A program made the translations under genes and the position numbers. Under the pieces are notes generated by a model. The model was not told where the DNA came from and ran no database searches. It was given only the letters and a program-made list of their open reading frames with translations. From assembly GCA_963786955.1 (NCBI GenBank), contig CAWBAT010000006.1, forward strand, positions 704,001-768,000: a stretch of DNA of 64,000 bases, given 5' to 3'. This document shows positions 1 through 12,248 of the stretch, one piece after another. The first letter of the stretch is position 1, and every line of letters starts with the position of its first letter. The DNA is from an uncultured Acidimicrobiia bacterium. GTDB lineage: Bacteria > Acidobacteriota > Terriglobia > Versatilivoradales > Versatilivoraceae.

Positions 1-2
1 TA

Positions 3-353
3 AAGGAATTGGAAAATCACTCCAGAAGGCTCCTCCCAAAATGGTGGAGCGTCAAGAATCCCTATGCCGGGGGCTCTGATGAAGAGGTGAAGGCGGGACT
101 CAAACTCTTCAAAAGACATTGTGCCTCTTGTCATGAAAAAAGTTCTTCAACAATGAACAGTGCACCCTCTCTCAAAACTCTTTCCATTCGTACAGCACCT
201 CCCGGATATCTATTCTGGTATCTAAAGAACGGGAATCTCCGCCGCGGGATGCCTGCCTGGTCCAGTTTGCCCGATGAGCGACTCTGGCAGTTGGTAACCT
301 ACCTCCAAGATGTAGAATCGGATCAGGGCGTAGCATCTGGAGAGCTTCGCTGA
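3..353 (+). CDS. Monoheme c-type cytochrome, 5' end outside the window
   Basis: CASCH heme-binding motif, NP..G..LF before it and GMPAW (distal Met) after it; frame is open back to the window edge. Confidence 0.8.
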   Translation, partial: KELENHSRRLLPKWWSVKNPYAGGSDEEVKAGLKLFKRHCASCHEKSSSTMNSAPSLKTLSIRTAPPGYLFWYLKNGNLRRGMPAWSSLPDERLWQLVTYLQDVESDQGVASGELR

Positions 354-1088
354 AAGATATTTTGGCGCATGAATGAGTCATGCTGGCGAACACGCCCTCA
401 TCGAGGTGAAGTTTGTTCCTAAACAAGGTCCTCAATCGGGCCTCAAGGACATCGATACCCGTCAACTCCCCTGCCTTTCCGCCTAGCTCTTGAGCACGTT
501 CCCGGCTAAACGAGCCGAACCCGTTTTCTCCAAGGAAGAGTTAAATCCCTCGACCAACAAGCAAGATCGTCCAATCGAGAGCGCGTCCTACTGATTAACG
601 CTGGCTTGAAGACCTGGGTCTCCTTGCAGCAAGGAATAAGCGCAATACAATTCAAAATTGATGCCTCAGAATAAGTGATGAAGTCAAAACTTCGATTGTT
701 GAGTTACAGAATTGTTCATCTATCCCTGGGATCCATACTCTTTACCTTCACGCTGATCAAAAAAAATGTACGGAATCCTGCCTTCATTGAGCTGATTTCT
801 GCAGGAAATCAGGATAAGTGAACTCATTAAGGCGCAAAATGCCTTGCCGGAGGATCGTTTCCTCTTAATGGGACTATTGTGTTTTCATTTTGTCAATTCA
901 ATAACCTTAATGGCCTCCAGGATGCATTCCTCATCTAGTTGAAATCGATGATATGGGCTAGTCTAAGGCTACTTTTATGCAAAAAAAAAATTTACACTAT
1001 TCATCCATCCTTTGATTTGTCAGGCCCCTGGAAGTAATGAAGTTACAGCATTTCACTGATTGTTCCAGATGAATAGCGTGGAAATGAG

Positions 1089-3359
1089 ATGATGAATATT
1101 AAAATAAAAACAAGCAGGTCATTCTATTGGATCATGTCATCTCTTCTTCTGATGTTCGCCTCTGACGCCTTGGAAGCCCAGAACTGCGTCGCGCCACCTT
1201 CCGGTATGGTCGCCTGGTGGCCTGGCGATGGAAACACAAATGATATCATCGGCACTAATCCCGCTTTTTTGCAAGGAGGAGTGGTCTTTGCGATCAGGCA
1301 AGATAGGCCAAGCTTTTAGCTTCAACGGGGTCGATGGTATGGCCAAAGCTCCTTTTTCTTCCGCACTGAATATCCAAAGTGCAATAACCATTGAGGCCTG
1401 GGTGAACCCATCCATACCAGCTAGTACGAATATTCAGGCGATTGCGGGGAGATATGCAACATATCAGCTCCAAATCAATTCTGATGGCAAAGTTCTATTT
1501 GGCCTTTCTTTCGATCATACGCTCGACCAACAGGTGACATCGAGTAAGCCGCTTCCGGCCAATACCTTTACTCATATTGTCGGAACCTATGATTCTAGTT
1601 CTCGCCTAGAAAGACCTCTATATCAATGGTGTCCTTGATGTTACTCGTCCTATTACTTCAGGGAACAAGACGATCACGCTTCAACCAACCGAGCAGCCTT
1701 TTACTATCGGTGGCTTTGCTGGCGTCGATGGACTCAGTGCATTTTCCTTTTTGCAGGGGCTTGTCGATGAAGTCCAGGTATTTAGCCGCGCACTTTCTGA
1801 TTCAGAAATCCTTTCCATTTACAGCAGTGGGAGTGCGGGAATATGTAAGGGGGGCGGCGGTGACAATGGATCGGGGATATTTGTGCCAATCGTTCTTTCT
1901 TCCGCCGGATTGAACAGCTCTTTCTTCACTTCAGACATGGCTTTGACCAATCGGGGCAAGGTCGCAGCTACGGTCAGTTTTACCTATACAGCAGCCTTTG
2001 GGGGAGGAAGTGGAACAGCCTCTGACATTTTGCCAGCCGGCCAGCAGCGCACCGTTAGCGATGCCATCGGCTATTTGAGGTCCCTTGGAATCCCCATCCC
2101 GGCCTCGAGCAACCAAGGGGGAACCCTGCGGGTCAGTTTCAGCGGCATTTCTCCGTCAGAAGGATCTGTGACGGTTCGAACAGCCACGGCTGTGGCCAAT
2201 GGACGAGCAGGCCTAGCCTATAATGGGATTCCCGTTTCGAGTACTTTGACAGAATCCGCTTACCTTTGTGGACTTCGCCAGACGGCTACGGATCGATCAA
2301 ACGTGGCTATTCAGAATGTGGGTACGGAAGGGGATATCGTGCTCCGAGTGACTGTTTACTCAGGCGATCCGGCCAATCCTTTTTCGCAAGATGTTCTACT
2401 CACAACTCTCGGGCCAGGAGCGTTTACTCAAATCAGTGGGGTTCTTCAATCGAATGGCTTGTCGCTGACTAACGGCTTTGTCCGAGTTTCCAAAGTCAGC
2501 GGCTCGTCCCCTTATTTCGCTTATGCAGTGATCAACGATCAGTCTAACTCCGATGGATCGTTTGTTCCTCCGCTTCTCGAGAGCTCTTTACTGAATCACA
2601 CAGGGCAGACGCTTCCCGTCATTGTAGAGACCAGCGCATTCAGTAGCGAACTGGTGGTGACCAATTTGTCTGCCTCTCTTACAAACACCTACCATTTTTC
2701 CTTTGTCTCCAGTGCTATTTCATCTGCCAACAACACAGCCAATTTCAATATCACGCTTAAACCCAGGGAACAAGCCATCATCCCCAATCTTGTTCAATAC
2801 CTGAGAGACCATGCGGATTGGCGGGATTGCACCCCCGGGAAATTCCATCTCCGGGGCATTGTTCGTGACGGGAGACACAAGCAGTCTCTTCTTAGGTGCA
2901 CGGACCTCGACCCCCGGTGGAGGAGGCCGATACGGACTGTTTTATGTCGCCGTTCCTTATGGATTGGCCAGCACGACGGATGCTTGGATCTACGGCCTGC
3001 GGCAAGATGGGCAGAATCGGTCAAATGTGGGTCTGGTCAATACGGGCGAGGCGAATGGGAACCCAGACACTTTCAACATTGAGCTTTATAACGGTGTGAC
3101 CGGTGTGAAAGTCTCCACCCTGGGGGGGATCAACTTGAATTCCCGACAATGGACACAGATTGGAACGATCCTGGCCGGGACAGGGATCAGTCAAGGATAT
3201 GTGCATGTTGTCCGTTCCACCGGCTCCAATCCGTTCATTTCCTATGGGGTCATTAATGATGGCAGCCAGCCCGGCGATCGAACCGGCGATGGAGCGTACA
3301 TCCCAGCAGTCCATAGTCCTGATTCTGATTGCAATCTGCTCCCAATTTGCAAGTTGTGA
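1089..3359 (+). CDS. Secreted LamG-like jellyroll protein with two tandem C-terminal beta-rich domains (split by at least 3 frameshifts)
   Basis: Signal peptide, then CVAPPSGMVAWWPGDGN, TIEAWVNP, HIVGTYD and LVDEVQVFSRALSDSEI (LamG-3 motifs); repeated RSNV..N and Y.VIND...DG motifs; ORF pieces 1089-1319, 1228-1638, 1751-3082, 2811-3359. Confidence 0.7.
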
Positions 3360-3548
3360 GCTCGGCATTTGTGAGGTTGTTCCAGAAGCAACGGAATTCT
3401 TCTCAAGTGCCGACAGCGTTATTGCATTGTTGAGTTTCTAGGTCTTTCGCACTGATTGTCGCTACGATCCCACTGTTACCTGAAAATCCTCTACAATTTG
3501 GAAGTGGAAGGCTTCTGCATCTGCAGAATGTGACAGGGACCTGCCCGC

Positions 3549-3576
3549 TTGACAGCGCCTGAGGATATGATAATCT
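3549..3576 (+). promoter_or_regulatory. Putative sigma70 promoter of the ABC exporter operon
   Basis: TTGACA (3549-3554), 16-nt spacer, TAATCT preceded by TGn, about 60 nt upstream of the ATG. Confidence 0.5.
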
Positions 3577-3637
3577 TTGGCGACTGAGTAGTTTTGCCTC
3601 TTGGCCTGGATTTTTTTGATTCCCTGCACAGCCGTCG

Positions 3638-4804
3638 ATGCGCAAATACATTCCTTTCGCCTTTAAGAATTCCATACGCAACAAGAGGCGCACGATCCTA
3701 ACCATCCTCAGCATTTCGGTTTCCCTCTTCCTATTGGGGATGCTGTTTGCGTTGTACCATGCTTTTTATTACCGCTCAGGACCGCCGGAGCAGGCGTTGC
3801 GCATGGTCACTCGGAATCGAGTCTCGCTGACTTTCTCCTTACCCGAATACTATGGAGAAAAGATCCGGCAGGTTTCGGGAGTGAAGAATTTGACGACACG
3901 GACCTGGTTCCAGGGTATGTATATCGACAACCGTCCCGAGCATTTTTTCCCCCGATTTGCCACGGATCCTGAAAAGATTTTCCAGGTTTATCCAGAAATG
4001 AAGATTTCCCCGGACGAACTGAAAGCATTTCAGTCCGAGCGCACGGCCGCCGCGGTGGGAAAGAGCCTGGCAGAAAAACATCATTTCAAAGTCGGTCAGA
4101 AAATCACCATCAAAGGGGATATTTATCCGGTCGATTTGGAACTCACCATTCGAGCCATTTTTGCGGGAACCGAGCAAGGCTCCGATGGGGTACTTTACTT
4201 TCATCGCAAGTATTTAGAGGAAGGGCTTCCGGAATCCCGCAAGGGAACGGTTGGAACCTTTGTCATGATCGCCGATTCTGCTGAGGCGGTCCCTGGGGTC
4301 TGCCGCGATGTGGACGAGATGTTCCGGAACTCCGATCGCCAGACCAAAACCGAGTCAGAACGGGCCTTCTACTTGAGTTTTGTGGCACAGTTGGGGAATG
4401 TCAAATTGTTCCTACTCAGCATCTGTGGAGCCGTTGTCTTCACGATATTGCTTGTGTCGTCAAATACAATGGCGATGTCCGTACGTGAAAGAATCCGAGA
4501 GATTGGAGTATTAAAGACCCTGGGCTTTACGACCGGCAAGGTATTAAGCATGATCATCGCGGAATCGATCATCATTGCGATGGTGGGAGGGGCAATAGGA
4601 AGTGTCCTGGCTTTTTCTTTATGTCAAATCTTAAACAAGATTCCCTCGGTTCGGCTGGTCTTATTTGCCGGCCTGATCATGCCTCCTTCTGTTCTGCTGA
4701 TCAGTCTGAGCGTGGCTTTCGCGGTAGGTTTTTTGAGCTCCGTGTTTCCCGCTTGGAACGCCTCCCGGGTACCGATTACTGATGCCTTGCGACATGCGGG
4801 TTAA
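3638..4804 (+). CDS. ABC transporter permease, MacB/FtsX family
   Basis: N-terminal RNKRRTILT plus TM helix, large periplasmic domain, SVRERIREIGVLKTLGF motif and C-terminal PAWNASR. Confidence 0.9.
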   Translation: MRKYIPFAFKNSIRNKRRTILTILSISVSLFLLGMLFALYHAFYYRSGPPEQALRMVTRNRVSLTFSLPEYYGEKIRQVSGVKNLTTRTWFQGMYIDNRPEHFFPRFATDPEKIFQVYPEMKISPDELKAFQSERTAAAVGKSLAEKHHFKVGQKITIKGDIYPVDLELTIRAIFAGTEQGSDGVLYFHRKYLEEGLPESRKGTVGTFVMIADSAEAVPGVCRDVDEMFRNSDRQTKTESERAFYLSFVAQLGNVKLFLLSICGAVVFTILLVSSNTMAMSVRERIREIGVLKTLGFTTGKVLSMIIAESIIIAMVGGAIGSVLAFSLCQILNKIPSVRLVLFAGLIMPPSVLLISLSVAFAVGFLSSVFPAWNASRVPITDALRHAG

Positions 4805-4869
4805 GGGATAGAATATTTCCCCGCTCGATCGAACAAGAATTCATTGCTGCCCATTGGACTGGATCCACA

Positions 4870-6037
4870 ATGGCCATACCGCTTTATTACAATCTCAGGA
4901 ATTTACGCTTTCGCAAAACAACGACCTTGATGACGGCTCTCGGGATCGCTCTGACGGTGGCAGTGTTGTTGGGAATCATGGCCATGGTCGTTGGCCTGAA
5001 ATCGGCACTACGCTCATCCGGGCATCCTTTAAACCTTATTGTGATGCGCAAGAATTCTTCTTCCGAGCTGATTAGCCAGATTGCCCGGGAAGCCGTTATG
5101 AACATTCGGTTTAAAGAGGGAATCCAGAAACTCCCAGATGGAGAGCCTATGGTTTCCGGCGAGATCGTTACCGTCATCAACCTTCCCGGGAAGGACAAGC
5201 CGGAAGGGGCCAACGTGAACATCCGCGGGCTTTCAGAGACGGGCGTGAAGATGCGTCCTGAAGTCGAGCATCGCCGCGGGCAGATGGTATGAACCCGGTC
5301 AGCGGGAAATCGTCGTCGGAAAATCCGTGGCTTCCCGCTATGCCGGCACAGCGTTGGGTGACAGCCTCCGTTTTGGACGAGGAGATTGGAAGATCGTGGG
5401 CGTTTTCGTGGCGCAAGGGACAGCCTTTGAAAGTGAGATTTGGGGAGAGTTGAATCAAATTGCAGCGGATTTCAATCGAACTGAGGTCTTATCTTCTGCG
5501 CTGGTGCGGGCGACCGATCCCATTGCCCTAGCGGCCTTGATGAACAGCCTCTCGGAGGACCAACGCCTCTATCTGGAAGGAAGGCCCGAGACGGATTATT
5601 ACGCACAGCAGACCAGTTCGGCTCGTCCCATCGAGTTCCTGGGTGTTTTCGTCGCCGTCATCATGGCAATCGGAAGTAGTTTTGCTGCCATGAACACGAT
5701 GTATGCCGCTGTTTCCCGCAGGGCCCGTGAAATCGGGACATTACGGGTGCTCGGCTTTTCCAGAGCCAGTATTCTTGTGTCTTTTGTCATTGAATCTCTG
5801 TTGCTGTCTGTGCTCGGAGGCCTCATGGGTGTGCTGATGGTCTTGCCTCTCAATGGAGTGGAGAGCGGGATCGGCAACTCAGTGACCTTCAGTCAAACCA
5901 GCTTCGATTTCCGAGTCACTCCTGAAATTATCCTGACCGGGATTGCCTTTGCTACCCTGATGGGAATCTTGGGCGGTTATCTTCCTGCTCGCAGCGCCTC
6001 GAAGCAGGATATCTTGAACGCACTGCGTGAATTATGA
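4870..6037 (+). CDS. Second ABC transporter permease, MacB/FtsX family (frameshift near 5270-5290)
   Basis: Pieces 4870-5292 and 5327-6037; NTMYAAVSRRAREIGTLRVLGF motif. Confidence 0.85.
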
Positions 6038-7422
6038 TGCCCACAGACAAGACGAATTTAGATCAGGGTCTGAGCAATCTGAAGATCGACCGAAGCCCGC
6101 AGCAGAAATCAAAAAGACCTTCGCCATGGGCAACCCGTTGGATTTTGGCCGGCGTAGGAATTTTTGTTCTGCTTGGTTTGGCAACCCTGGTCTCTCGATT
6201 GAGAGGCCAAGCAGCCGAAGTTGAGACGTTTCGTGTGAGTTCTCGATCGGCAGGGGCTGGGGATGAACAGGGAGTCGTCCTGAATGCTGCCGGTTACATC
6301 GTGGCCCATCACAAGATCCAGCTCGGCGCCAAAGTTATGGGCAAGGTTGCCTGGATCGGAGTGGAAAAGGGAAACTTCGTCCAGAAGGGTCAAGTTCTGG
6401 TTCGCCTGGAAGACGACGAATATCGCGCCCAGCTACAGCAGGCCAAAGGAAATTACGAGTCTCTTCAAAACCAACTCGGAGAACTGGAAAATGGCTCGCG
6501 ACCTGAAGAGGTGGCTCGCGCCAAAGCCAATCTCGAGCAGGCGAAAGCCGACCTGGAAAACGCCCGGGTGAATCTGGAACGCGTGGGAGGTTTGCACAAA
6601 GAAGGAGTCGTCCCCCCGCAGGATTTGGATAATGCTCAGGCACGCTACGAAGGCCAGAAGGCTCGCGTCGATTCATTGAACAGGGACTATGAACTTTACC
6701 GCATTGGTCCGCGCCATGAGGTGATTGACGCCATGCGGGGCCGTGTCGCACAGGCCAGAGGCGAAATGGCTTTGAGAGAAACGTATTTGGATGCCACAGT
6801 CATTCGGGCTCCAATCTCAGGCACCATCCTGGAGCGCGTCGTCGAACAAGGCGAGTTTCTAACCACAGGCTTCGTTGGAGATCGAGGAGCCAAGGGGTTT
6901 GTAGTCTCAATGGCGGATTTGAATGACCTGCAGGTGGAATTAGATATCAGCCAGGACGATTTTGCCAAACTCTTCATGGGACAGAAAGCCATTGTGACCA
7001 CAGACGCTTTTCCGGACCGTAAGTACGATGGGGTGATTGCGGAGATGTCTCCGGAAGCAAACCGGCAGAAAGCCACCGTACAAGTCAAAGTGCAAATCCT
7101 CAAGCCGGATTCCTTCCTGCGTCCCGAGATGAACGCTCGAGCAGCCTTTGTCGCCAAAGAGGCGGCGGAGAAAAAGGACGGCCCCCCGCCACCGCCTCGA
7201 ATTGTCATTCCCAATACGGCCATCCGAGACGATAGCGGCAAGAAGTCAATTTTTATCGTATTGGAGGGAAAGGCTATCGAACGCACCATCAAAGTGGGCA
7301 ACCCCACTTCTAAAGGGGTCGAAGTGGCCGATGGCTTGATCGGTGGAGAGGAAATCGTTCTGAATCCCCCGGCCAATCTCAAGGATGGAGATCGCATCCA
7401 AGTCAAACAAAAGCAGGGATGA
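6034..7422 (+). CDS. Efflux periplasmic adaptor (MacA/HlyD-like membrane fusion protein)
   Basis: N-terminal TM anchor, lipoyl-like halves ([16 protein letters not shown]; IRAPISGTI), long coiled coil and LRPEMNA motif. Confidence 0.9.
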   Translation: MMPTDKTNLDQGLSNLKIDRSPQQKSKRPSPWATRWILAGVGIFVLLGLATLVSRLRGQAAEVETFRVSSRSAGAGDEQGVVLNAAGYIVAHHKIQLGAKVMGKVAWIGVEKGNFVQKGQVLVRLEDDEYRAQLQQAKGNYESLQNQLGELENGSRPEEVARAKANLEQAKADLENARVNLERVGGLHKEGVVPPQDLDNAQARYEGQKARVDSLNRDYELYRIGPRHEVIDAMRGRVAQARGEMALRETYLDATVIRAPISGTILERVVEQGEFLTTGFVGDRGAKGFVVSMADLNDLQVELDISQDDFAKLFMGQKAIVTTDAFPDRKYDGVIAEMSPEANRQKATVQVKVQILKPDSFLRPEMNARAAFVAKEAAEKKDGPPPPPRIVIPNTAIRDDSGKKSIFIVLEGKAIERTIKVGNPTSKGVEVADGLIGGEEIVLNPPANLKDGDRIQVKQKQG

Positions 7423-7445
7423 TCCAATTTCTTCAGAGGAACTTA

Positions 7446-8143
7446 TGGAAGATACCGCAATCATTGAAACCACCGATTTGCATAAAGAATATAAACGAGA
7501 CGAATTTAAGATCATTGCGTTACAGAATGCGAATATGCAAATCAAAAAAGGAGAATTTGTCGCCTTGATGGGGCCTTCCGGCTCTGGCAAATCCACGCTA
7601 TTACATTTGATTGCCGCGATTGATCGACCGACCCACGGTCGTGTGCGTGTGCTAGGCCAAGACCTCCAGGATTTGAGCGACAAACAGATTGCCCATTGGA
7701 GAAACGAAAATGTTGGTTTTGTATTCCAATCATTCAACCTCATCCCGGTTTTGACGGCGCGGGAGAATGTTGAGCTCCCCCTTTTGCTGACTCACTTGAG
7801 TAAACGGGAAAGAATCGATCATGCCGAAAATGCCCTTCGACTCGTGGGTTTGGGGGATCGGCTCGGACATTACCCTCGTCAACTTTCCGGTGGCCAGGAG
7901 CAGCGCGTTGCCATCGCCCGGGCCATTGTCACTGACCCACAACTGATTCTGGCTGATGAACCGACCGGCGATCTGGATGCCCAATCGGCAACAGATGTTC
8001 TGACGATACTCTCCAAGCTCAACAAGGAATTCAACAAGACCGTCGTCATGGTCACTCACGACCCTCATGCGGCAAAATTTGCCAACAAGATCCGCTACCT
8101 CGAAAAAGGGGAGCTCCTTCCCGAAGGAACAGTGCCCCAGTAG
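7446..8143 (+). CDS. ABC transporter ATP-binding protein (LolD/MacB-type)
   Basis: Walker A GPSGSGKS, signature LSGGQEQR, Walker B ILADEPTG and VTHD switch. Confidence 0.95.
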
Positions 8144-8168
8144 CAGGTCGTGCGCAACCTGCTCTTTT
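8142..8168 (+). terminator. Probable intrinsic terminator of the ABC operon
   Basis: AGCAGGT/ACCTGCT 7-bp stem followed by CTTTT directly after the stop codon. Confidence 0.5.
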
Positions 8169-8234
8169 CGCAGCAACGGGGTTACAGTGTCCTCTGGCGT
8201 GGTGTCAACGCCATTCTCATGACGAAGAAACGCC

Positions 8235-8262
8235 GCAGACTCAAAAAGAGAGTCTGCGCTAC
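8235..8262. repeat. REP-like half unit (reads GTAGCGCAGACTC on the minus strand)
   Basis: GCAGACTC-N7-GAGTCTGC hairpin followed by GCTAC. Confidence 0.45.
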
Positions 8263-8325
8263 AGGAATTCATGCCCTCTCCGGTGGGAGACCCGGTCCCC
8301 TCTAATTTCAGCTTGAAGCTGGCTC

Positions 8326-9057
8326 ATGCTTCCCCTCAAAAACATTTCGATTCTTCTCCTTGAACCTCAATCCCCAGCCAATATCGGGTCGGTCGCCCGA
8401 GTCATGAAGAACATGGGGCTCACGTCTCTTTATCTCATCAACCCACAAACGGAAATTAACGCAGAGTCATTCCAATTGGCCTGCGGAGCAGACGATATTC
8501 TCGCCGCAGCCCGACGCACGGAGACACTCGCGGAAACATTGCAGCCATTCAGCCTCTGCGTTGGAACCACCTCCCGTTCTGTGGATACATTCCCGCGGGT
8601 GTTAACCCCTCATCAACTGGCCACGCAGATTGCTGAGTTTTCTAGCGAGAGCCAGATTGCCCTCCTTTTTGGTCCGGAACGCACCGGACTCACGAACGAG
8701 CAGGTGCAATATTGTCAGTGGTTAGTGACTATCCCTTCGAACCCGGAATTTGAATCGATGAATCTGTCACACGCCGTCGCCATTCTGGCCTATGAACTTT
8801 ATAGCCGCCAACCACAACCCGTGCTGGGCAGGGAAATCCAGAACGCACGGTTAAGTCAAATCGAGTCTTTCTACAAGACACTCGAAAGGAATCTCATCGA
8901 GATCGGTTTTTTGAAGTCCCCAAACCCGGAGCGGCTCATGATCACCATTCGAAACATTCTGTCACGAGCTTCGTTGGAAGCGCGTGATGTTCAGATCCTG
9001 CGTGGCCTTCTCCGACAGTGGAACTGGTATGCGGAAAAACTGAAAAGGAAAGGATAG
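8326..9057 (+). CDS. trmJ: RNA methyltransferase, TrmJ/LasT (SPOUT) family
   Basis: PANIGSVARVMKNMG, LFGPERTGLTNE and SMNLSHAV motifs; C-terminal ILRGLL helix. Confidence 0.85.
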   Translation: MLPLKNISILLLEPQSPANIGSVARVMKNMGLTSLYLINPQTEINAESFQLACGADDILAAARRTETLAETLQPFSLCVGTTSRSVDTFPRVLTPHQLATQIAEFSSESQIALLFGPERTGLTNEQVQYCQWLVTIPSNPEFESMNLSHAVAILAYELYSRQPQPVLGREIQNARLSQIESFYKTLERNLIEIGFLKSPNPERLMITIRNILSRASLEARDVQILRGLLRQWNWYAEKLKRKG

Positions 9058-9087
9058 CAATCCGCTCTCAAGATGTTTCATTGCGGA

Positions 9088-9112
9088 TGGAGGGTCGAGC
9101 TCCTGCGAGACC
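9088..9112. repeat. Degenerate GGAG-type REP-like unit
   Basis: GGAGGGTCGAGCTCCTGCGAGACC resembles the GGAG-family arms at 30312-30450 and 42986-43042. Confidence 0.35.
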
Positions 9113-9221
9113 GGAATCTGCAACCGCAATATCAAAACGGCGTCGTGCGCCAGACGGCGGACTCCGGCCCCCAGCGAAGTCGTTTGGCGCGGTACAATTG
9201 CCTTCTTCTATTTAAGCGAGA

Positions 9222-10285
9222 TCAGTTCCAGACACCAGCAATCGTTTGCTGGCAGCGGGGGCAGTCGCCGTTTTTTAGCGTGTTCTGGAGGACGTGGAAC
9301 CCGTAACGTTCGATAAGAAGCGCGTGGCAGGAAGGACAATAGGTGTTTTCCCATTCAGCCACATGTCCGGGCAGATTGCCCGCATAGACATAATGCAATC
9401 CTGCCTTCTTGCCAAGCTCGCAGGCTTTTAAGAGAGTGTTCACCGGAAGTGTTATCAGAGCTGGTCATCTTATAATCTTTGTGAAACGCGGTTACATGCC
9501 ACGGAATGTCCAGCGAGACATTTGCCAGGAACTGGGCGACGTCAGAGAGTTCTTCATCACCATCATTAAATCCGGGAACGATTAGGGTTACGACTTCCAC
9601 CCAGAATCCTTTCTCATGAAGCTGGCGGATCGTTTCCAGTACCCCATCCAGCCGGCCCCCCAGCTTTCGATAGTTCCTATCGCGGAAGCTCTTCAAATCC
9701 ACTTTATAAAGATCCACCCACGGCCTTAAGTAATCCAATACTTCGGTCGTCCCGTTCCCATTGGAGATATAGGCCGTTTTGAAACCTTCCTGCTTAGCGC
9801 GCTGAAAAACCGCGACCGCCCATTCCGAGGTGATTAAGGGTTCATTATAAGTGCTGGCGAGGACTCTTGCATGATAACGATGGCTCAACTGATACGAGCT
9901 CATTCACGGAGGTATCTTGAGGAATAGCGATGGCGCTCGGATCTCGGAGAGCTTGAGAGGTAATCCAGTTTTGACAGTAGCCGCAATGATAGTCACAACC
10001 GAGCATGCCAAAGCTCAAAGCCTGCGCTCCGGGCAAGGCATGGAAGAATGGTTTCTTCTCAATGGGGTCGCATTGCAATGCCGCAACATATCCAAAGGGG
10101 ACATAAAGAGTACCCCCTTTATTGAAGCGGACTTTGCAGATGCCTGGCAAGCCTTCCAGAATGACGCAGCGGTGTCCGCAAGCAAAACAGCGAAGGCGGT
10201 TGTCGGGTAGCTTTTCGTAAAGCGATCCCACAACCGTTCGGTTTTCCAAGGCCTCAGCTAACGTGCCAGGCTGTGTCACAGTCAT
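9222..10285 (-). CDS. amrS: AmmeMemoRadiSam system radical SAM enzyme (2 frameshifts)
   Basis: CFACGHRC..GICKVR, DPIEKKPFFH, CDYHCGYCQN (CX3CX2C), TYNEP, PWHVTAFH and ENTYCPSC..CPRC across pieces 9845-10363, 9355-9903, 9222-9443. Confidence 0.85.
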
Positions 10286-10365
10286 CCTCTTCGCAATTGA
10301 AGTTGCGCCAACAAAGTGTCCAACTCCGCCTGGCTTCAAAGACACTCCGGAAGGAGTGCTCAATC

Positions 10366-12233
10366 TTAGGATTTCTTTCCAGGTCGCACGCTAGACTTCC
10401 CAGTTGCTGGCCCTCCCTTGCCTCCTCCTGCCCCGCCCTTCCCTTCCTCCAAGACAACAATCTGATTCGCTTTGATGTTCTCGAAAGTATCTTTCCGGCC
10501 GCTGGGCCAAGCGACCTCTACGCGATCCACCTTGGTCGCATCACCAAGCCCGAAATGGAGCCGCATATCACTGTGCGAGATATATCCGTTTCCGCTCCGC
10601 ACATCGTCAATCATCTTGTGATTGGCTGCGTAAACCGTCACCCGCGCGCCGATACCGTCCCGGTTGGATTGTCTGCCGACGGTCTTGAACATGATCCAGT
10701 TCTTTTTCTCACCGTAATTCTTGAGGAGACTTGGCGTTTCATTCTTGTTCATGATAAATATTTCCAAACTACCGTCATTATCAATATCGCCCAGAGCGGA
10801 TCCTCGTGAGGAATGTGGCTCCAAGATCCCATTCCCGGACTGACCCGAAATATCCAGGAACGTTCCATTGCGCAGGTTCCAGAAGACGAGCCGTTCCTGT
10901 TTATAGGGGCTATCGGGTGATATCTCGTTTACTTCCGGATAGACATGCCCATTGGCCATATAAATGTCTTTCCAGCCGTCATGGTCAACGTCAAAAAAAC
11001 CATTGCCCCAACCGAGGAAGCGAGTGTTGACACCCATGCGGGCGGCAAACGTGACATCGGTGAACGTCCCATCTCCGTTGTTATGGTAGAGAGTCGGCGT
11101 ATCATCCGCAAAATTGCATTTCACAATGTCCATGAAACCATCATTATCGTAGTCAGCTACCGATACGCCCATGCCCGCTTGCTCTTGACCATCTTCGTTA
11201 AAGGCCCCGCCAGAAATCAAACCAATGTCGGTGAAAGTTCCATTCCCATTGTTATGGTAGAAAATGTTAGGAGTTGAGTCGCAAGAAAGATAGATATCTG
11301 GCCAACCATCATTGTCATAATCGGACGCGATAGGTGAAAAACCATAATACCCGCTCGGTTTAGTGACACCGGCCTTTTCGGACACATCGCTAAAAGTTCC
11401 ATCCCCGTTATTGTCGGTAAAGCATATTCGTCCCTCCGGGCAAGCCGCGTGGCCCGCACATAACGGGAATCCCTTTCCATTGGCAGTACTGGTTCGTGCC
11501 CTTGGCCGGGACCTTCTTGATGTCAAAAATCACATATTCCGCGACAAACAAATCTAATTTGCCATCCTTGTCGTAGTCAATAAATGTACAGCCCGTACTC
11601 CAGCGTGGATTCTTATGCAAGAGACCTGCTTTCTCTGTGATATCGGCGAATGAACCGTTCCCTTCGTTTCGGTAGAGAGACATTCTGTCCGAAGTAGGTA
11701 ACCATGAGATCTTCATGCCCATCGTTATCGAAATCACCCACGCAAACCCCTTGGCCCCACCCTGACCGCACCAGGTTGGCCTTTTCGGTAACATCTTCAA
11801 ACGTTCCATCATGTTTATTTCGATAGAGGTGATTGATGGGTTCCTGCCCCTTCGGGAAACCTTCAAGAGTCGTTCCATTCACCATGAAGAGATCGATCCA
11901 TCCGTCATTGTCATAGTCGAACATGGCCGCACCACTTCCGGTTGTTTCGAGGATATATCTCTGGTCCATCCCTCCTGTTATATGGGGGGCTGATAAGCCG
12001 GCCTTCGAGGCGATGTCTTCAAACCGAACTTTCGGCAAGGGGAATTCAATTTTGATATTCGGCAAAGGACGGGCGACCCGATGCGGTACCGCAACTCCCT
12101 GACTCCAAACCCTAAAACTGATATGAAGAATTAATAACGTGACAGGAACAAAATAGCGGAAGTAAATTTCACCCGATTGGGAACAAATCTCATACCAAGG
12201 AAAAGTTTCCTCCGTTTTGCCAATTACCGTCAA
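10366..12233 (-). CDS. CRTAC1-family protein (FG-GAP/VCBS repeats plus ASPIC/UnbV C-terminus), frameshifted; start uncertain
   Basis: Multiple DYDNDGW.D repeats, ETTGSGAA, GRQSNRDGIGARV and RLHFGLG..WPSG; pieces 11613-12233, 11408-11878, 10366-11526. Confidence 0.85.
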
Positions 12234-12248
12234 CCCACTCCGACAGCG

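Noticed and set aside
354-1088. Hidden gene or ncRNA in the long intergenic region
   Set aside because: No credible ORF, tRNA or structured motif recognised
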